DNA of 64,000 bases from Bacteroidetes bacterium QS_9_68_14 (lineage in GTDB: Bacteria; Bacteroidota; Rhodothermia; Rhodothermales; Salinibacteraceae): NCBI GenBank assembly GCA_003022535.1, contig PXTT01000039.1, forward strand, positions 948-64,947, given 5' to 3'. Of the stretch, positions 46,732-56,207 are shown piece after piece. The position numbers and the translations under genes are program-made. Within the stretch, counting starts at the first letter, position 1. Every line of letters begins with the position of its first letter. The notes beneath the pieces are model-generated. The model was not told the origin of the DNA, searched no databases, and was given only the letters and a program-made list of their open reading frames with translations.

Positions 46732-47495
46732 CGTCGGCGCAGTCACAGGTACAACTTTCACCGAATCTCAGGCAGCGGCAAGGCTTGCCCTCGTCTGTTT
46801 TCTTTTCTTTGCTGAGCACTCTGCGAACGAAAACTTGACCAGCACACAAGATGTCAACCACGGGGGTTGAGCGCGAGCAGCAGTAGCGTCGCGGCGGCAC
46901 GAGCGAGCCGTTCCCAGCATGAACGGGCCGTTCCTGGCAGGAACGCCCCTTCAGGCTCGCTGGACGCCGCCGGTCTTCTCGCCCGGGCTTTTTTTCTTGG
47001 CGGGCGGGAGGGCGCACCGCGAGGTCTTGGCCTTCGGCGAGGCGCTTGTTCGTCCGTCGGGCCGTCGCCGTAGGCTTTGCCGCCGCACGCGGCGGGGAGC
47101 CGGCCGCCCGGACCTGCGGCAAAACGCGGCGCAGGGCCGCGTCGGGTCATGTTCGCTGCCTCCTGCCAGCTCCCTCCGGCCGCTCGGCCGCGACGTGCAT
47201 CTCTGCGCCGTAGAAGCACGTGTCCTTCCCGGAGCAGTAGCTTCGGTCGGTCCTCGGAGCCCCCTTCGCCCGCGGAGGGAGAACGCTTCCCCAAGCAGGA
47301 CCGGCACGCAGGAAACCAGTCGGAAAAACGCTCGGCCCTGTAGCCGTAGAGTTTGCGGACGTCCCCGGTGCTTTCGAGCAGCCCGAAAAGGTGGACGGCC
47401 GGCACCTCCTCGTCTCGATGAAGCCGGACCTCGCCGGTGAAGCCGGGCCGGGCGTTCCCTCCAGGGCACTGGGGATTGTTGCTGAGCGCGCAACC

Positions 47496-48242
47496 CTACC
47501 GCGAGACGCGGCCGGCGGTATCGGCTGGGGGGGCGTCGGTAGTCCCGGGCAGGCGGCTCGTGCCCTTCTGCTCAGGCAGCGCGCGGCGGCCGCCCTGCTG
47601 CCGGCGTTGCTGCCGCTCGGCCAGCGCCTGGCGCATCGTCAGGTCGTTTCCGCTACTCTGGAGGCGCTCGTAGAAGATCGGCGCGACGTAGTAGCGGCCT
47701 TCGGTGTAGGTCTCGTCGCGAGCGCGCAATGGCGTACCAGGGACAGTGCGGCCGCGCGCCGAGCCGCTCAGCCGGGCGGTGATGCCGGGGTAGCGTACCG
47801 CCTTCCGCAGCGAGCGGTAGCGGTTGCGCGTGGTTTGGTGCTCGGACAAGAAGGAGCCGAGGACCCGGTGCATCCGGCGGTAGCCGGGGAGGTCTTCCTC
47901 GATGCGAGCGAGCGCGTCGCGGTTGTTTTCCAGCACCCGCTGATGCTCCTCGACGGCCTGCGTGTACTCCTCGGCCACGAGGCGCAGCGTAGAGTCGCGC
48001 TCGGCGGCCTGCCGGAGGAGATCGCGGGCGGCGCGAGCGCGCTGGAGGTCGTTGGCAAAAAGCTGTACGGACTGCCGCATCTCCGGCAGCATCTTCTCGG
48101 TCGAGTTGTACTTGCCGTAGGTGCCGGCGCGGCATCCCGCCGCCGCCAGCAGCACCAGGCCGGCCAGCGCCAGAAGACCGGCGCCCGAAAGGCAGGAAGC
48201 GAGCCCCCCGGACGAGAACGGGGCCAGGCGAGGCGTCTTCAT
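47496..48242 (-). CDS. Lipoprotein, unknown function
   Basis: Lipobox LLAAAGC. Helical, non-repetitive 248-aa sequence. Confidence 0.45.
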   Translation of the reverse strand: MKTPRLAPFSSGGLASCLSGAGLLALAGLVLLAAAGCRAGTYGKYNSTEKMLPEMRQSVQLFANDLQRARAARDLLRQAAERDSTLRLVAEEYTQAVEEHQRVLENNRDALARIEEDLPGYRRMHRVLGSFLSEHQTTRNRYRSLRKAVRYPGITARLSGSARGRTVPGTPLRARDETYTEGRYYVAPIFYERLQSSGNDLTMRQALAERQQRRQQGGRRALPEQKGTSRLPGTTDAPPADTAGRVSR

Positions 48243-48562
48243 GACGGTTCGTCTCTATTCGGTTAGAGAAGCATCTCCAGGAGAAAAGCCAAGGCGCCGG
48301 GGTGGAAGGCCACGCGCACACATAGACACTTGTAGATCACGGCGGGCTTCCCTGACCTACACAGCTCGGCAGGCGCCAGCGGCTGTTTTTGGAGTTTTTT
48401 CAACCGTCTGGGGCGCCAACGGGCCCGTTCGGCGGTTTGGCAGTTGCGCTGAAGCCGTCGCCTGCTGCATCATGAGCAACGCCGCCCGGGCTTTCGGGAG
48501 CAGGCGGCGCGTCTTTCCTCGTAGGCGGGGCTGCACTTTCCCTTCTCTTCTTGCGCCCGACG

Positions 48563-48865
48563 ATGATTAAAAAATACCTCACGCACGTCGTTTTTGGCGT
48601 GGTCGTTCTGCTTTCGCTCATCAGCTTGGGACTGGTGTTCGTTCTGGCTGAGCCCTACGGATGGATCGGGCCGACGGTGGTTTTCGCCTCGGTCGCGTTC
48701 AACCTGTGGAGCGTGCGCCGCAGCGAGAATGCGGGCTTTGTGCAGTCGCGCGAGCTTCGGCGTGCCTACGAGCCGGCGCGGCGCTACAACATGGTGCAGG
48801 TGTTCATCGTGTTCGCCCTGGTGATCGTACAGTGTACCGTGGGCGCCTACGCGCTCGTTACATGA
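48563..48865 (+). CDS. Small membrane protein (3 TM), unknown function
   Basis: Starts at ATG 48563 (MIKKYL) after a pyrimidine-rich leader. Has three hydrophobic helices and locally lower GC. Confidence 0.4.
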   Translation: MIKKYLTHVVFGVVVLLSLISLGLVFVLAEPYGWIGPTVVFASVAFNLWSVRRSENAGFVQSRELRRAYEPARRYNMVQVFIVFALVIVQCTVGAYALVT

Positions 48866-49007
48866 AAGGCTCCCCGGCGCCGGCTCGAGCGCGCCCGAAA
48901 CACCGCTTCCGGCCACGCGGTATTGCCATTCCTTTTCTTTCGTCACGTCTTCACCGGCGACGTTTTCCGGCCGACGTGCCTCGCGGCTCGCCCCGTCGTC
49001 CCCTGCC

Positions 49008-52000
49008 ATGAGCGAAGAGACGACCCGCCTCGTCGAGCGCCTGCGCCGGCGCCTGCGCCACGCCGTGCGCCGGCTCACGCTCGGGGAGCTGGCCTTCGGG
49101 GCCGTAGTGACGTTCGGGGCGCTGGCGGCCCTCTGGCTGGCCTCGGTGGCGGTAGAGGCGAGTCTGTGGATGCGTCCGGGCTTGCGCACAGTCGTGGTCA
49201 GTGTGGTCGGCGTGGCGGCGCTGGCGCTGCTGGGGACCTTCGTGGCACGCCCGCTGGGGCGGTTGCTGGGCCTGCTGGGCCGCCCTTCCGACCAAGAGGC
49301 CGCCCGCCGCGTTGGCGCGCGCTTCCCCGAGCGCGTGGCCGACCGCTTCGTCAACGTCCTCCAGCTCGCCAGCGGGGCGCGCTCCGGCGAGGCAGAGGAC
49401 GCCGGCCAGCCGCTGGCCGACCGCGCGGTGGCGCGCCTGGGGCGCGCAGTGGAGAACGTCGAGTTCGAGGAAGAGGTCGAGAACTTCTCTCGCGCGCGGC
49501 GCGCCTCGCGCTGGGCCGCCGCTCCGATCGCCGGGCTGCTGGTGTTCATCTTAGCCGCCCCGGGCGCCTTCTTCGGCGCCTCCGGCCGCCTCCTCGCGCC
49601 CACCGATCACTTCCAGCGCCCGGCTCCGTTCCAACTGTCGCTCACGGCCGCGAGCGGGGACCTCGTGAAGGGCGACTCGCTGATGGTGACGGCCCGCGCT
49701 CGCCCGGTGGCGGAGGGCAACGCGCTCCCGCCCCGCGTCACGCTCCAGGTGCAGACGCGCGGCGACGACGGCTTCCAGGCACCCGGCCGCGACCTCACGC
49801 TCGCGCCCACCGACTCGAGCCGCACGCGCTTCCGCCACGTCTTCACGGGCGTGCGGCAGGACGTTCGCTACCGCGCCGTGGCCCGGGCGAACGGGCGCCC
49901 CGTCCGCACCGGCTGGCGCACCGTAACGGTCCGCGAGCGGCCCCGCGTGGCCGAGCTCCGGGTCACGCTCGACCCGCCCGCGTACAGCGGCCTGCCGGAG
50001 CGCGCCCTCGCCACGGGCACCGGCGACGTGACGGCGCTTCCTGGCACTGAGGTCAACGTCGAAGCCACGCTCGCGGGGCCGGCTACGCAGGAGGCGCTCC
50101 TGCGCTTCGCCAGCGGCGACGTGGACACGCTCGCGGTAGAGGGCGGCGTGGCCGCCGGCGCGTTCACGCTCGAAGACGACGGCGCCTACCGCGTGGCCCT
50201 CCGCGGCGAAAACGGCGTCCCGAGCGACGCCCCCATCCGCTACCGCCTGCAGACCACCTCCGACGCCGCGCCGACCGTCAGCTTCGAGGCGCCCGCCCCG
50301 CAGGCGGAACTGACCGACGCGCTGCGCCCCCGGCTGCAGTGGCAGATGAGCGATGACTTCGGTTTCGCGCAGCAGAAGCTCTACTACCGCCTCGCCGAGC
50401 GGCGCGAGGGGGAGCCGGCGAGCGAGTTTCAGTCCGTGGAGGTACCCATCGGGCGCCCGGGCCTGCTCGACCAGCAAGTGACCTACGATTGGGTCCTGGA
50501 GCAGACCACCGACCTGGACCTCGCCGCCGGCGACGTGCTCGAGTACTACGTGCGCGTCTGGGACAACAACCGCGTGGCCGGCTACCAGTCGGCCCGCACC
50601 CAGGTGCAGCGCCTGCGCTTGCCTTCGACGAGTGAGAAGTACCAGCAGCTCGAGAAGACGCAGGAGGGCGCCCAGGAGCAGATGCAGCGCCTTCGACAGC
50701 AGAGCGAAGAGACGCGCCGCCAGTTCGAGAGTCTGCGCGAGGAAGTGCGTCGCACGCGCGGGGGCGACTGGAACACGCAGCGCCAGGTCGAGCGGATGCA
50801 GCAGCGTCGGCAGCAGATGCAGAAGCAGGTCCAGAAGCTCCAGCGCCAGATCGAGAAGGCCACGCGCCAGATGCAGCAGGGCGAGCTGACGAGCCCCGAG
50901 ACGCAGCGCCAGTACGAGCAGCTCCAGCGCGTGGCCGAGCAGATCCAGTCACCTAAGCTCAAGGAAGCCCTCCAGAAGCTCCAGAAGGCCATGCAGGAGA
51001 TGGACATGGAGCAGATGCAGCAGGCGATGCAAAACGTCGAGCGCAAGAGAAAGCAGTACCGCCAGCGTCTGGAGCGCGCCCGCGAGCTTTTCGAGAAGAT
51101 CAAGGCACAACAGGAGATGGAGGAGGTTGCCCGCCGCGCCGGCGAGCTGGCCGAGGAGGAGCGCCGCCTGTCGGAGGAGACGCGGGACCTGGAGGAAGAG
51201 AGAGCGAGGAAGAAGGAAGGAAAGAGAAAGGTGCAGGAGGGCAGAAAGGAGGCGTCCTCCGGCGAGAAATCTTCCGGCGAGAAAGGCGGAGGGCAACGCG
51301 CGCAGGACCGGCAACGCGAAGGACAGCGACGCGAGGGTCAAAGGCAGGGCCGGCAGCAGTCCGGTCAGAAGCAGGAGCGTGGCCAGCAGCCCCCCTCCGG
51401 CCAGAAGCGAGCCGGCCAGAAAAACGCTGGCCAGAAGAAGCAGGCCGGGAGGAGCGCCGAGCAACGCGAGCAACTCGCGCGCGACCAAGAGGAGGCGCGC
51501 AAGCAGATGCAGAAGCTGCGCAAGCAGATGCGGAAGCTCTCGAAGAACATGAGGGACATGCGCGGCGCGCCCAAGCAGGAGATGCAGAAGATGCAGCAGC
51601 GCGCGAAGCAGGTGCCCCAGAAGATGAAGAAGAACAGCCGGCAGCTCCGCAAGGGCCAGCTCGACAAGGCGCGCCAGGGCCAGAAGCAGATGCAGCAGCG
51701 CCTTCAGCAGATGCAGCAGTCGGTGAGCCAGATGAAGAAGGGGATGCAGCGTAAGCGCAAGCGGGTCAACATGGCGGGGCTGCGCCAGGCACTGGCGCGC
51801 ACGCTACGCCTCTCGAAGGAGCAAGAGGCGCTTCGCGGGCGCAGCAGCGGCCTCTCGCCCGGCAGCCCGGCGCTGCGCGAGGTGACGCGCCGGCAAGACC
51901 AACTGGCCGAGGGCCTGCGCGCCACGCGCGACTCGCTGACGGCCCTGGCGAAGAAGATTCCCAAGATGACGCGCGCGGTGCAGGAGAAGAGCCGCGCGGC

Positions 52001-52754
52001 GCTGAAGGCAATGGAGCAGGCCACCGAGGCGATGACGGGCCGCACCACCCAGCCGGCCGGGGGCCACCAGCGGACGGCCATGAAGAACCTCAACGAGCTG
52101 GCGTTGCTTCTGTCCCGCCTTACGGAGCAGATGCGGAAGAAGCAGGGGGGCAAGGGCGGTGGCATGAGCGCCAAGCAGATGCGCCAGAAGCTCCAGCAGA
52201 TGGCCGGCCAGCAGAAGAAGCTCGGTGGCCAGGTGCAGCAGATGCTCAACCAGCAGCAGGGCGAGCGCCTCTCGCAGGGCCAGCGCCAGCGCCTGGGGCA
52301 GATGGCCAAGCAGCAGAAAGCCCTCCAGAAACAGCTCGAGAAGCTGCGTGAGCAGGGGGGCGACGGGCGGACGATAGGCCGCCTCGAGAAGGTCGCCGAG
52401 CAGATGGAGGAGATGGTCCGCCGCATGCAGCGCGGGCAGCTCGACCGCAAGACGATCGAGCGCCAGCAGCAGATTCGTTCGCGCCTGCTGCAGGCGCGGC
52501 AGTCTCTCCAGAAGCAGGGGCGCAAAGACCAGCGCCGCAGCCAGGAGGCCACCGACGGCGACCGCACGCGCGCCCAGCCCGCCTCCGAGGCGCCCGAGGG
52601 CGAGGCCCAGCGCCTGCGCCGCTCGCTGATTCGCTCCCTGGAAAGCGGCTACACCCCCGACTACGAGCAGCTCATCAAACGCTACTTCGAGCTTTTGCAG
52701 AAGCAGAAACAGGAGCAGAAAGAAGCGGCGCCAAGCAACGCGCCCCAGCCGTAG
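49008..52754 (+). CDS. Very large membrane-anchored protein with a Q/K/R/E/M-rich coiled-coil C-terminal half (DUF4175-like; tentative)
   Basis: Single 1248-aa ORF. It has N-terminal TM helices, a ~450-aa beta-rich middle, and then ~700 aa of QKQ/MQQ/RKQ heptad-like low complexity. Confidence 0.6.
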   Translation: MSEETTRLVERLRRRLRHAVRRLTLGELAFGAVVTFGALAALWLASVAVEASLWMRPGLRTVVVSVVGVAALALLGTFVARPLGRLLGLLGRPSDQEAARRVGARFPERVADRFVNVLQLASGARSGEAEDAGQPLADRAVARLGRAVENVEFEEEVENFSRARRASRWAAAPIAGLLVFILAAPGAFFGASGRLLAPTDHFQRPAPFQLSLTAASGDLVKGDSLMVTARARPVAEGNALPPRVTLQVQTRGDDGFQAPGRDLTLAPTDSSRTRFRHVFTGVRQDVRYRAVARANGRPVRTGWRTVTVRERPRVAELRVTLDPPAYSGLPERALATGTGDVTALPGTEVNVEATLAGPATQEALLRFASGDVDTLAVEGGVAAGAFTLEDDGAYRVALRGENGVPSDAPIRYRLQTTSDAAPTVSFEAPAPQAELTDALRPRLQWQMSDDFGFAQQKLYYRLAERREGEPASEFQSVEVPIGRPGLLDQQVTYDWVLEQTTDLDLAAGDVLEYYVRVWDNNRVAGYQSARTQVQRLRLPSTSEKYQQLEKTQEGAQEQMQRLRQQSEETRRQFESLREEVRRTRGGDWNTQRQVERMQQRRQQMQKQVQKLQRQIEKATRQMQQGELTSPETQRQYEQLQRVAEQIQSPKLKEALQKLQKAMQEMDMEQMQQAMQNVERKRKQYRQRLERARELFEKIKAQQEMEEVARRAGELAEEERRLSEETRDLEEERARKKEGKRKVQEGRKEASSGEKSSGEKGGGQRAQDRQREGQRREGQRQGRQQSGQKQERGQQPPSGQKRAGQKNAGQKKQAGRSAEQREQLARDQEEARKQMQKLRKQMRKLSKNMRDMRGAPKQEMQKMQQRAKQVPQKMKKNSRQLRKGQLDKARQGQKQMQQRLQQMQQSVSQMKKGMQRKRKRVNMAGLRQALARTLRLSKEQEALRGRSSGLSPGSPALREVTRRQDQLAEGLRATRDSLTALAKKIPKMTRAVQEKSRAALKAMEQATEAMTGRTTQPAGGHQRTAMKNLNELALLLSRLTEQMRKKQGGKGGGMSAKQMRQKLQQMAGQQKKLGGQVQQMLNQQQGERLSQGQRQRLGQMAKQQKALQKQLEKLREQGGDGRTIGRLEKVAEQMEEMVRRMQRGQLDRKTIERQQQIRSRLLQARQSLQKQGRKDQRRSQEATDGDRTRAQPASEAPEGEAQRLRRSLIRSLESGYTPDYEQLIKRYFELLQKQKQEQKEAAPSNAPQP

Positions 52755-52989
52755 CGCGGCGCTCGCGTCTCTACGAGCGTCTCTACGTCGATCCGCAGGC
52801 GCCCGCCCGTGGCCGCCACGCCCTTCAGGCAACGCGCCTGCCGGAAATGAGAATCACCCGTTACCCTGCGGTTGTTTTCGTAACTGCACAGCAGACCTGG
52901 AAGGTCTGGGGTTCAAGCACGAGGCAGCGCGGAACGCCAAGTGCTCGGAGGCCTCACCACAACGCCGGCTCGCCAAATCGGTAGGATCC

Positions 52990-53205
52990 ATGAAGGCTGC
53001 GCTCCGAACGTTTCTCTGCGTGCTCGCCGGGGTGGCGCTCTACGAGGCGGCGCGCTTCGGGCTCGACCCTGCAGCCTTTCGCGTGGCCGACGTGCCGCGT
53101 GCGCTGGGGTTGGTCCTCATCGTCACGGCCGTGCTGCTGCTCTTCGGGCGGGGACAGTGGCCGCGAGACGGGGGCGACGACCCGCCAGGCTGGACGGGGC
53201 CGTAG
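52990..53205 (+). CDS. Possible small 2-TM membrane protein
   Basis: 71-aa ORF with an ATG start and two hydrophobic segments. There is no other support. Confidence 0.25.
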   Translation: MKAALRTFLCVLAGVALYEAARFGLDPAAFRVADVPRALGLVLIVTAVLLLFGRGQWPRDGGDDPPGWTGP

Positions 53206-53570
53206 ACCGTGGCGCGTGGCTACGCTCGAATCGCCGCGCGCTGGGCGGGCACCCCGGATTGCCAAGCTGGAATTGTAGGTCGAAAATGCGCTGCTCGCCA
53301 ACGCCCGTTGGCGCCGGCCCGTGGAAGCGAATCCCCAACCCGACCCGCTCAAACTCGAAATTGAAGCGGGGGGCGCCTCGACGAGGACGACCGCCAGGCC
53401 TGCGGCGCAACACTACCTGTCGATGGCGGCCTTCGGCCTGGCCATCGGGGCGCTGGGCGGCTTCTTCGGAGAAGAAAGCTACTTTCGCCACGTCGCCTTC
53501 GCCGACGGGGAAACCTGAGCGCAGGCTGGCGCGCCAGCCGGGTTGCGGGAGTACTTTTTGTGAAACTGCC

Positions 53571-53599
53571 TTGACGCGGACGCGGGACGGTCCTATGTT
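53571..53599 (+). promoter_or_regulatory. Putative promoter (TTGACG -N17- TATGTT; also fits the Bacteroidetes -7 motif TAnnTTTG as TATGTTTT)
   Basis: Hexamers at 53571-53576 and 53594-53599 with a 17-nt spacer, ~225 nt upstream of the GlgA-like start. Confidence 0.45.
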
Positions 53600-53823
53600 T
53601 TTAGGTGAATCCTACTACATGTCGTGCCGCACGCCGGCGGCCGGGAGCGCTGCCCCGTGGTCGGCGAACGACCTCTCTCTAACTGACGAGGGCATTCTCC
53701 GACAGGAGAGACCTCCGGTAGAAGCAGATTTCCTCCCGCAGCGCACGTGACGAACGGTCTCCACGTCTCTTGGAGCCGTCGCTTTTTCCCGCTTCTCTCT
53801 GCCGCCCGGCGGCGCCTGTCGCA

Positions 53824-54573
53824 ATGGCCTCTTCCCGACGCCTCCTCATCGTCACCAGCGAAGCCGAGCCCTTCGCCGAGCAATCTGGCACGGCCACGCT
53901 CGTCCGCGCCCTCGCGCGCGGGCTCGAGGACGACTTCGACGCGCGCATCATGATGCCGCGCTACGGGTGTGTCGGCGACCGCGAAAACAGCCTCCACGAG
54001 GTGATCCGCCTGTCGGGGGACGAGATCGAAGTGGGCGGGCAGACCGAGACGCTCAACGTGAAAGTGGCCTCGCTGCCAGACGTGCGACTGCAGGTGTACT
54101 TCATGGACAACGACGCCTACTTCGGGCGCGACGGGATGGCCGCCAGTAAGGAGGGCGTCCCGTACGAGGACAACGCCGAGCGGGCGCTCTTTTTCACCCG
54201 GGCGGTGATGGACACGGTGCGCAGCCTGCGCTGGGGGCCGGACGTGGTGCACGCCTTTGGCTGGGCGGGCGGCCTCACGCCGCTGCTGCTGCGCACCGAA
54301 GGGGAGGGCCAGGCGCTTTTCGAGGAAGCCCGAACGGTCTTCACGCCCGACGACGTGGACGCAGGCCCCGGCTTGACGAAAGGCTTCCTGGAAGCCACGA
54401 ATCTCCCTGCCAACGGCGAGGCGGGGCACTCGCTCGTAGAGGCGGGCCTCGGGCGGGCGGATGCGTCGATCCCCCCGCCTGCCGTGGAGGCTGGCGCGGC
54501 GCCGCAGTTCAACGGGGACGTTGAGGAGCACCCGCGCCAGGCGGCCGAAGTGTACGAACGCGTCTTGGCGTGA
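53824..54573 (+). CDS. Short glycogen/starch synthase-like protein (GT5 N-terminal domain only)
   Basis: LLIVTSEAEPFAEQSGTATLVRALARGL...MPRYG...VYFMDNDAYF...ERALFFTRAV...PDVVHAFGWAGGL matches the N-terminal half of GlgA. The gene ends after ~249 aa. Confidence 0.7.
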   Translation: MASSRRLLIVTSEAEPFAEQSGTATLVRALARGLEDDFDARIMMPRYGCVGDRENSLHEVIRLSGDEIEVGGQTETLNVKVASLPDVRLQVYFMDNDAYFGRDGMAASKEGVPYEDNAERALFFTRAVMDTVRSLRWGPDVVHAFGWAGGLTPLLLRTEGEGQALFEEARTVFTPDDVDAGPGLTKGFLEATNLPANGEAGHSLVEAGLGRADASIPPPAVEAGAAPQFNGDVEEHPRQAAEVYERVLA

Positions 54574-54863
54574 GCTAAGCACGAGCCACGCGAGAGAATG
54601 CGTAGGAGCCCCCAAGGGGCGCGCACCATGCGCACGAGGCGTGGCGTGCAGGGCTGATCGGGGCGCGAGAGAACCGCCGGGCGCCACGCAGGTCTTTGCG
54701 CTTTTTTTGAAGGCACCGAAGCCGGGAAACCCGTCTTCGGAGGGTAGCATACGCCCCCTCTACGATCCGGCCCTTGCGTAGTGCTGCCTTCATCTTTTGG
54801 CGGTGCCGTCTGCGCGCCGCTTGCGGGGCCGTCGCTTTTCCCCGCGCCTTCGCCTCTCTGCGT

Positions 54864-56120
54864 ATGACTTGCCCTCGCGCTGCCGGCGCGCTCCTGCTTT
54901 TGGGAGCGCTCTTCGCCCTCGCCGCCTGCGACAACCCTACGAACGTCGGAGACGAACTTGTGGGCGGGGAAGATGCCGGCCCGGAGCGCGTGGTGCTGCG
55001 GCCAGGCGCGGGGCTCGACGTGGACACGGCCCGCTACGCGCCGGAAACGGGGACCTCCGTGCCCGGCGAGATCGACGTGGCGCGCTTCCTGGCAGGGCGA
55101 CAGGAGGCCGGCGCCCCCCTCGGCAACGTAGAGGCGACCGGCTACTTCGACGTCGGGCGCATCGGGGCGCCCTCGGAGCTCGACGCGCTTACCATCGACA
55201 GCGTCACGGTCGATCTGGTGGTGAGCTACGCCTATGGCAGCACCAGCGAGCCAATCACCGTGTCCCTCCACGACCTGGCGGAGGAGTGGGAAGCCAACAA
55301 TGCCCCCGCCGACACGACCTTCGACTCTGGCTTCGCGGAGCGCCAGACGATCACGACCTTCTCGGCCGCGCCCGGCGACACGCTCTCGGTGTCGTTGCCG
55401 CAACGCTGGATCCGCGAGCACGAAAGTGAGCTGCGCACCGCCGGCGACACGGCCTTCGGCGAGGCGTTTCACGGGTTCCAAGTACGCGCGGCCGGGGGGA
55501 GCGGCGTCGTAGGATTTGCCTCCAGTTCCACCCGGATGCGCGTGATCTACGAGTCGCCCTCGGGCCAGGAGGAGCGGCCGATAGCCAGGTACAGGCTCAC
55601 CGAGCAGCTAACCACCGTGCGCTCTTCGGGTCGCGCCTCCTCCGACGACCAGCGCGCGCTCGTCCAGGACGGGATCGGGCGCGCCCTGAGCATTGAGCTC
55701 GCCCCGCCCGACTCGCTGCGCGGCGTGGCTGTCAACAACGCCACGCTCGTCCTCGAGGCCGACACTGCTGCTTCAGGGCTCCCCGAGACGTTCATGCGCC
55801 CGACGCTGGAGCAACTGGAGCTGCGGAACGGACCCGATGACGACGAGGGGGATGACCTGCCCCGCGGGCGGTTTCTGACTTTCAATGAAGAGGAGGCCCG
55901 CTTCGAGAGCAACTTTGCGCTGCGCAACGTCGTGCAGCCTGTTCTCAACGATGCGGCCGACTTTGGAGAGATCCAGCTCCGTCCGCCGCCTCGCCTCGTC
56001 CAGGTCAGGCGCCAGAACATCCCCGTCCCGGTCCCTTCGCTCAACAGCGCACTGATCCGCCTCGACGAAGGGCACGAGCCCCGCCTGGAGCTGGTCTACA
56101 CACCGATCAACGAGGAGTAG
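54864..56120 (+). CDS. Lipoprotein, DUF4270-like (tentative)
   Basis: Lipobox FALAAC. IDSVTVDLVVSYAYGSTSEPITVSLHDLAEEW resembles the DUF4270 core. It sits next to the short GlgA-like gene, as in other Bacteroidota. Confidence 0.5.
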   Translation: MTCPRAAGALLLLGALFALAACDNPTNVGDELVGGEDAGPERVVLRPGAGLDVDTARYAPETGTSVPGEIDVARFLAGRQEAGAPLGNVEATGYFDVGRIGAPSELDALTIDSVTVDLVVSYAYGSTSEPITVSLHDLAEEWEANNAPADTTFDSGFAERQTITTFSAAPGDTLSVSLPQRWIREHESELRTAGDTAFGEAFHGFQVRAAGGSGVVGFASSSTRMRVIYESPSGQEERPIARYRLTEQLTTVRSSGRASSDDQRALVQDGIGRALSIELAPPDSLRGVAVNNATLVLEADTAASGLPETFMRPTLEQLELRNGPDDDEGDDLPRGRFLTFNEEEARFESNFALRNVVQPVLNDAADFGEIQLRPPPRLVQVRRQNIPVPVPSLNSALIRLDEGHEPRLELVYTPINEE

Positions 56121-56207
56121 CCCGGCCCCGCGCCAGCGCTCGGTGAAGCGTCCCGCCGGCAGAGGCTCCGGTTCCCGCGTCTTTCTTGCTTCCTTTTCCC
56201 GCAAACG

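Noticed and set aside
46293-47495. Genomic island or prophage integrated at tmRNA
   Set aside because: No integrase-like translation was found in any frame. No second copy of the tmRNA 3' end (GGGTTCGACTCCCGGCATCTCCA) was seen downstream by eye. Only an unexplained spacer remains, and it is reported as a low-confidence finding.
50600-52700. Apparent DNA satellite or possible CRISPR-like periodicity in the CAG/AAG-rich region. The short tandem repeats at 30381 and 62461 were also considered.
   Set aside because: There is no constant repeat unit or spacer architecture. The bias is an amino-acid (Q/K/R/E) composition effect inside one intact ORF. The other repeats have only 2-3 units, without spacers or nearby cas genes.
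53690-53730. SRP-RNA-like string (CTCCGGTAGAAGCAG resembling TCCGGAAGGAAGCAGC) and a hammerhead-like CTGACGA in the GlgA-like leader
   Set aside because: The flanking bases cannot form SRP helix 8 around a GNRA loop. The hammerhead stems II and III with the GAAA core are not present. These are treated as chance similarity.
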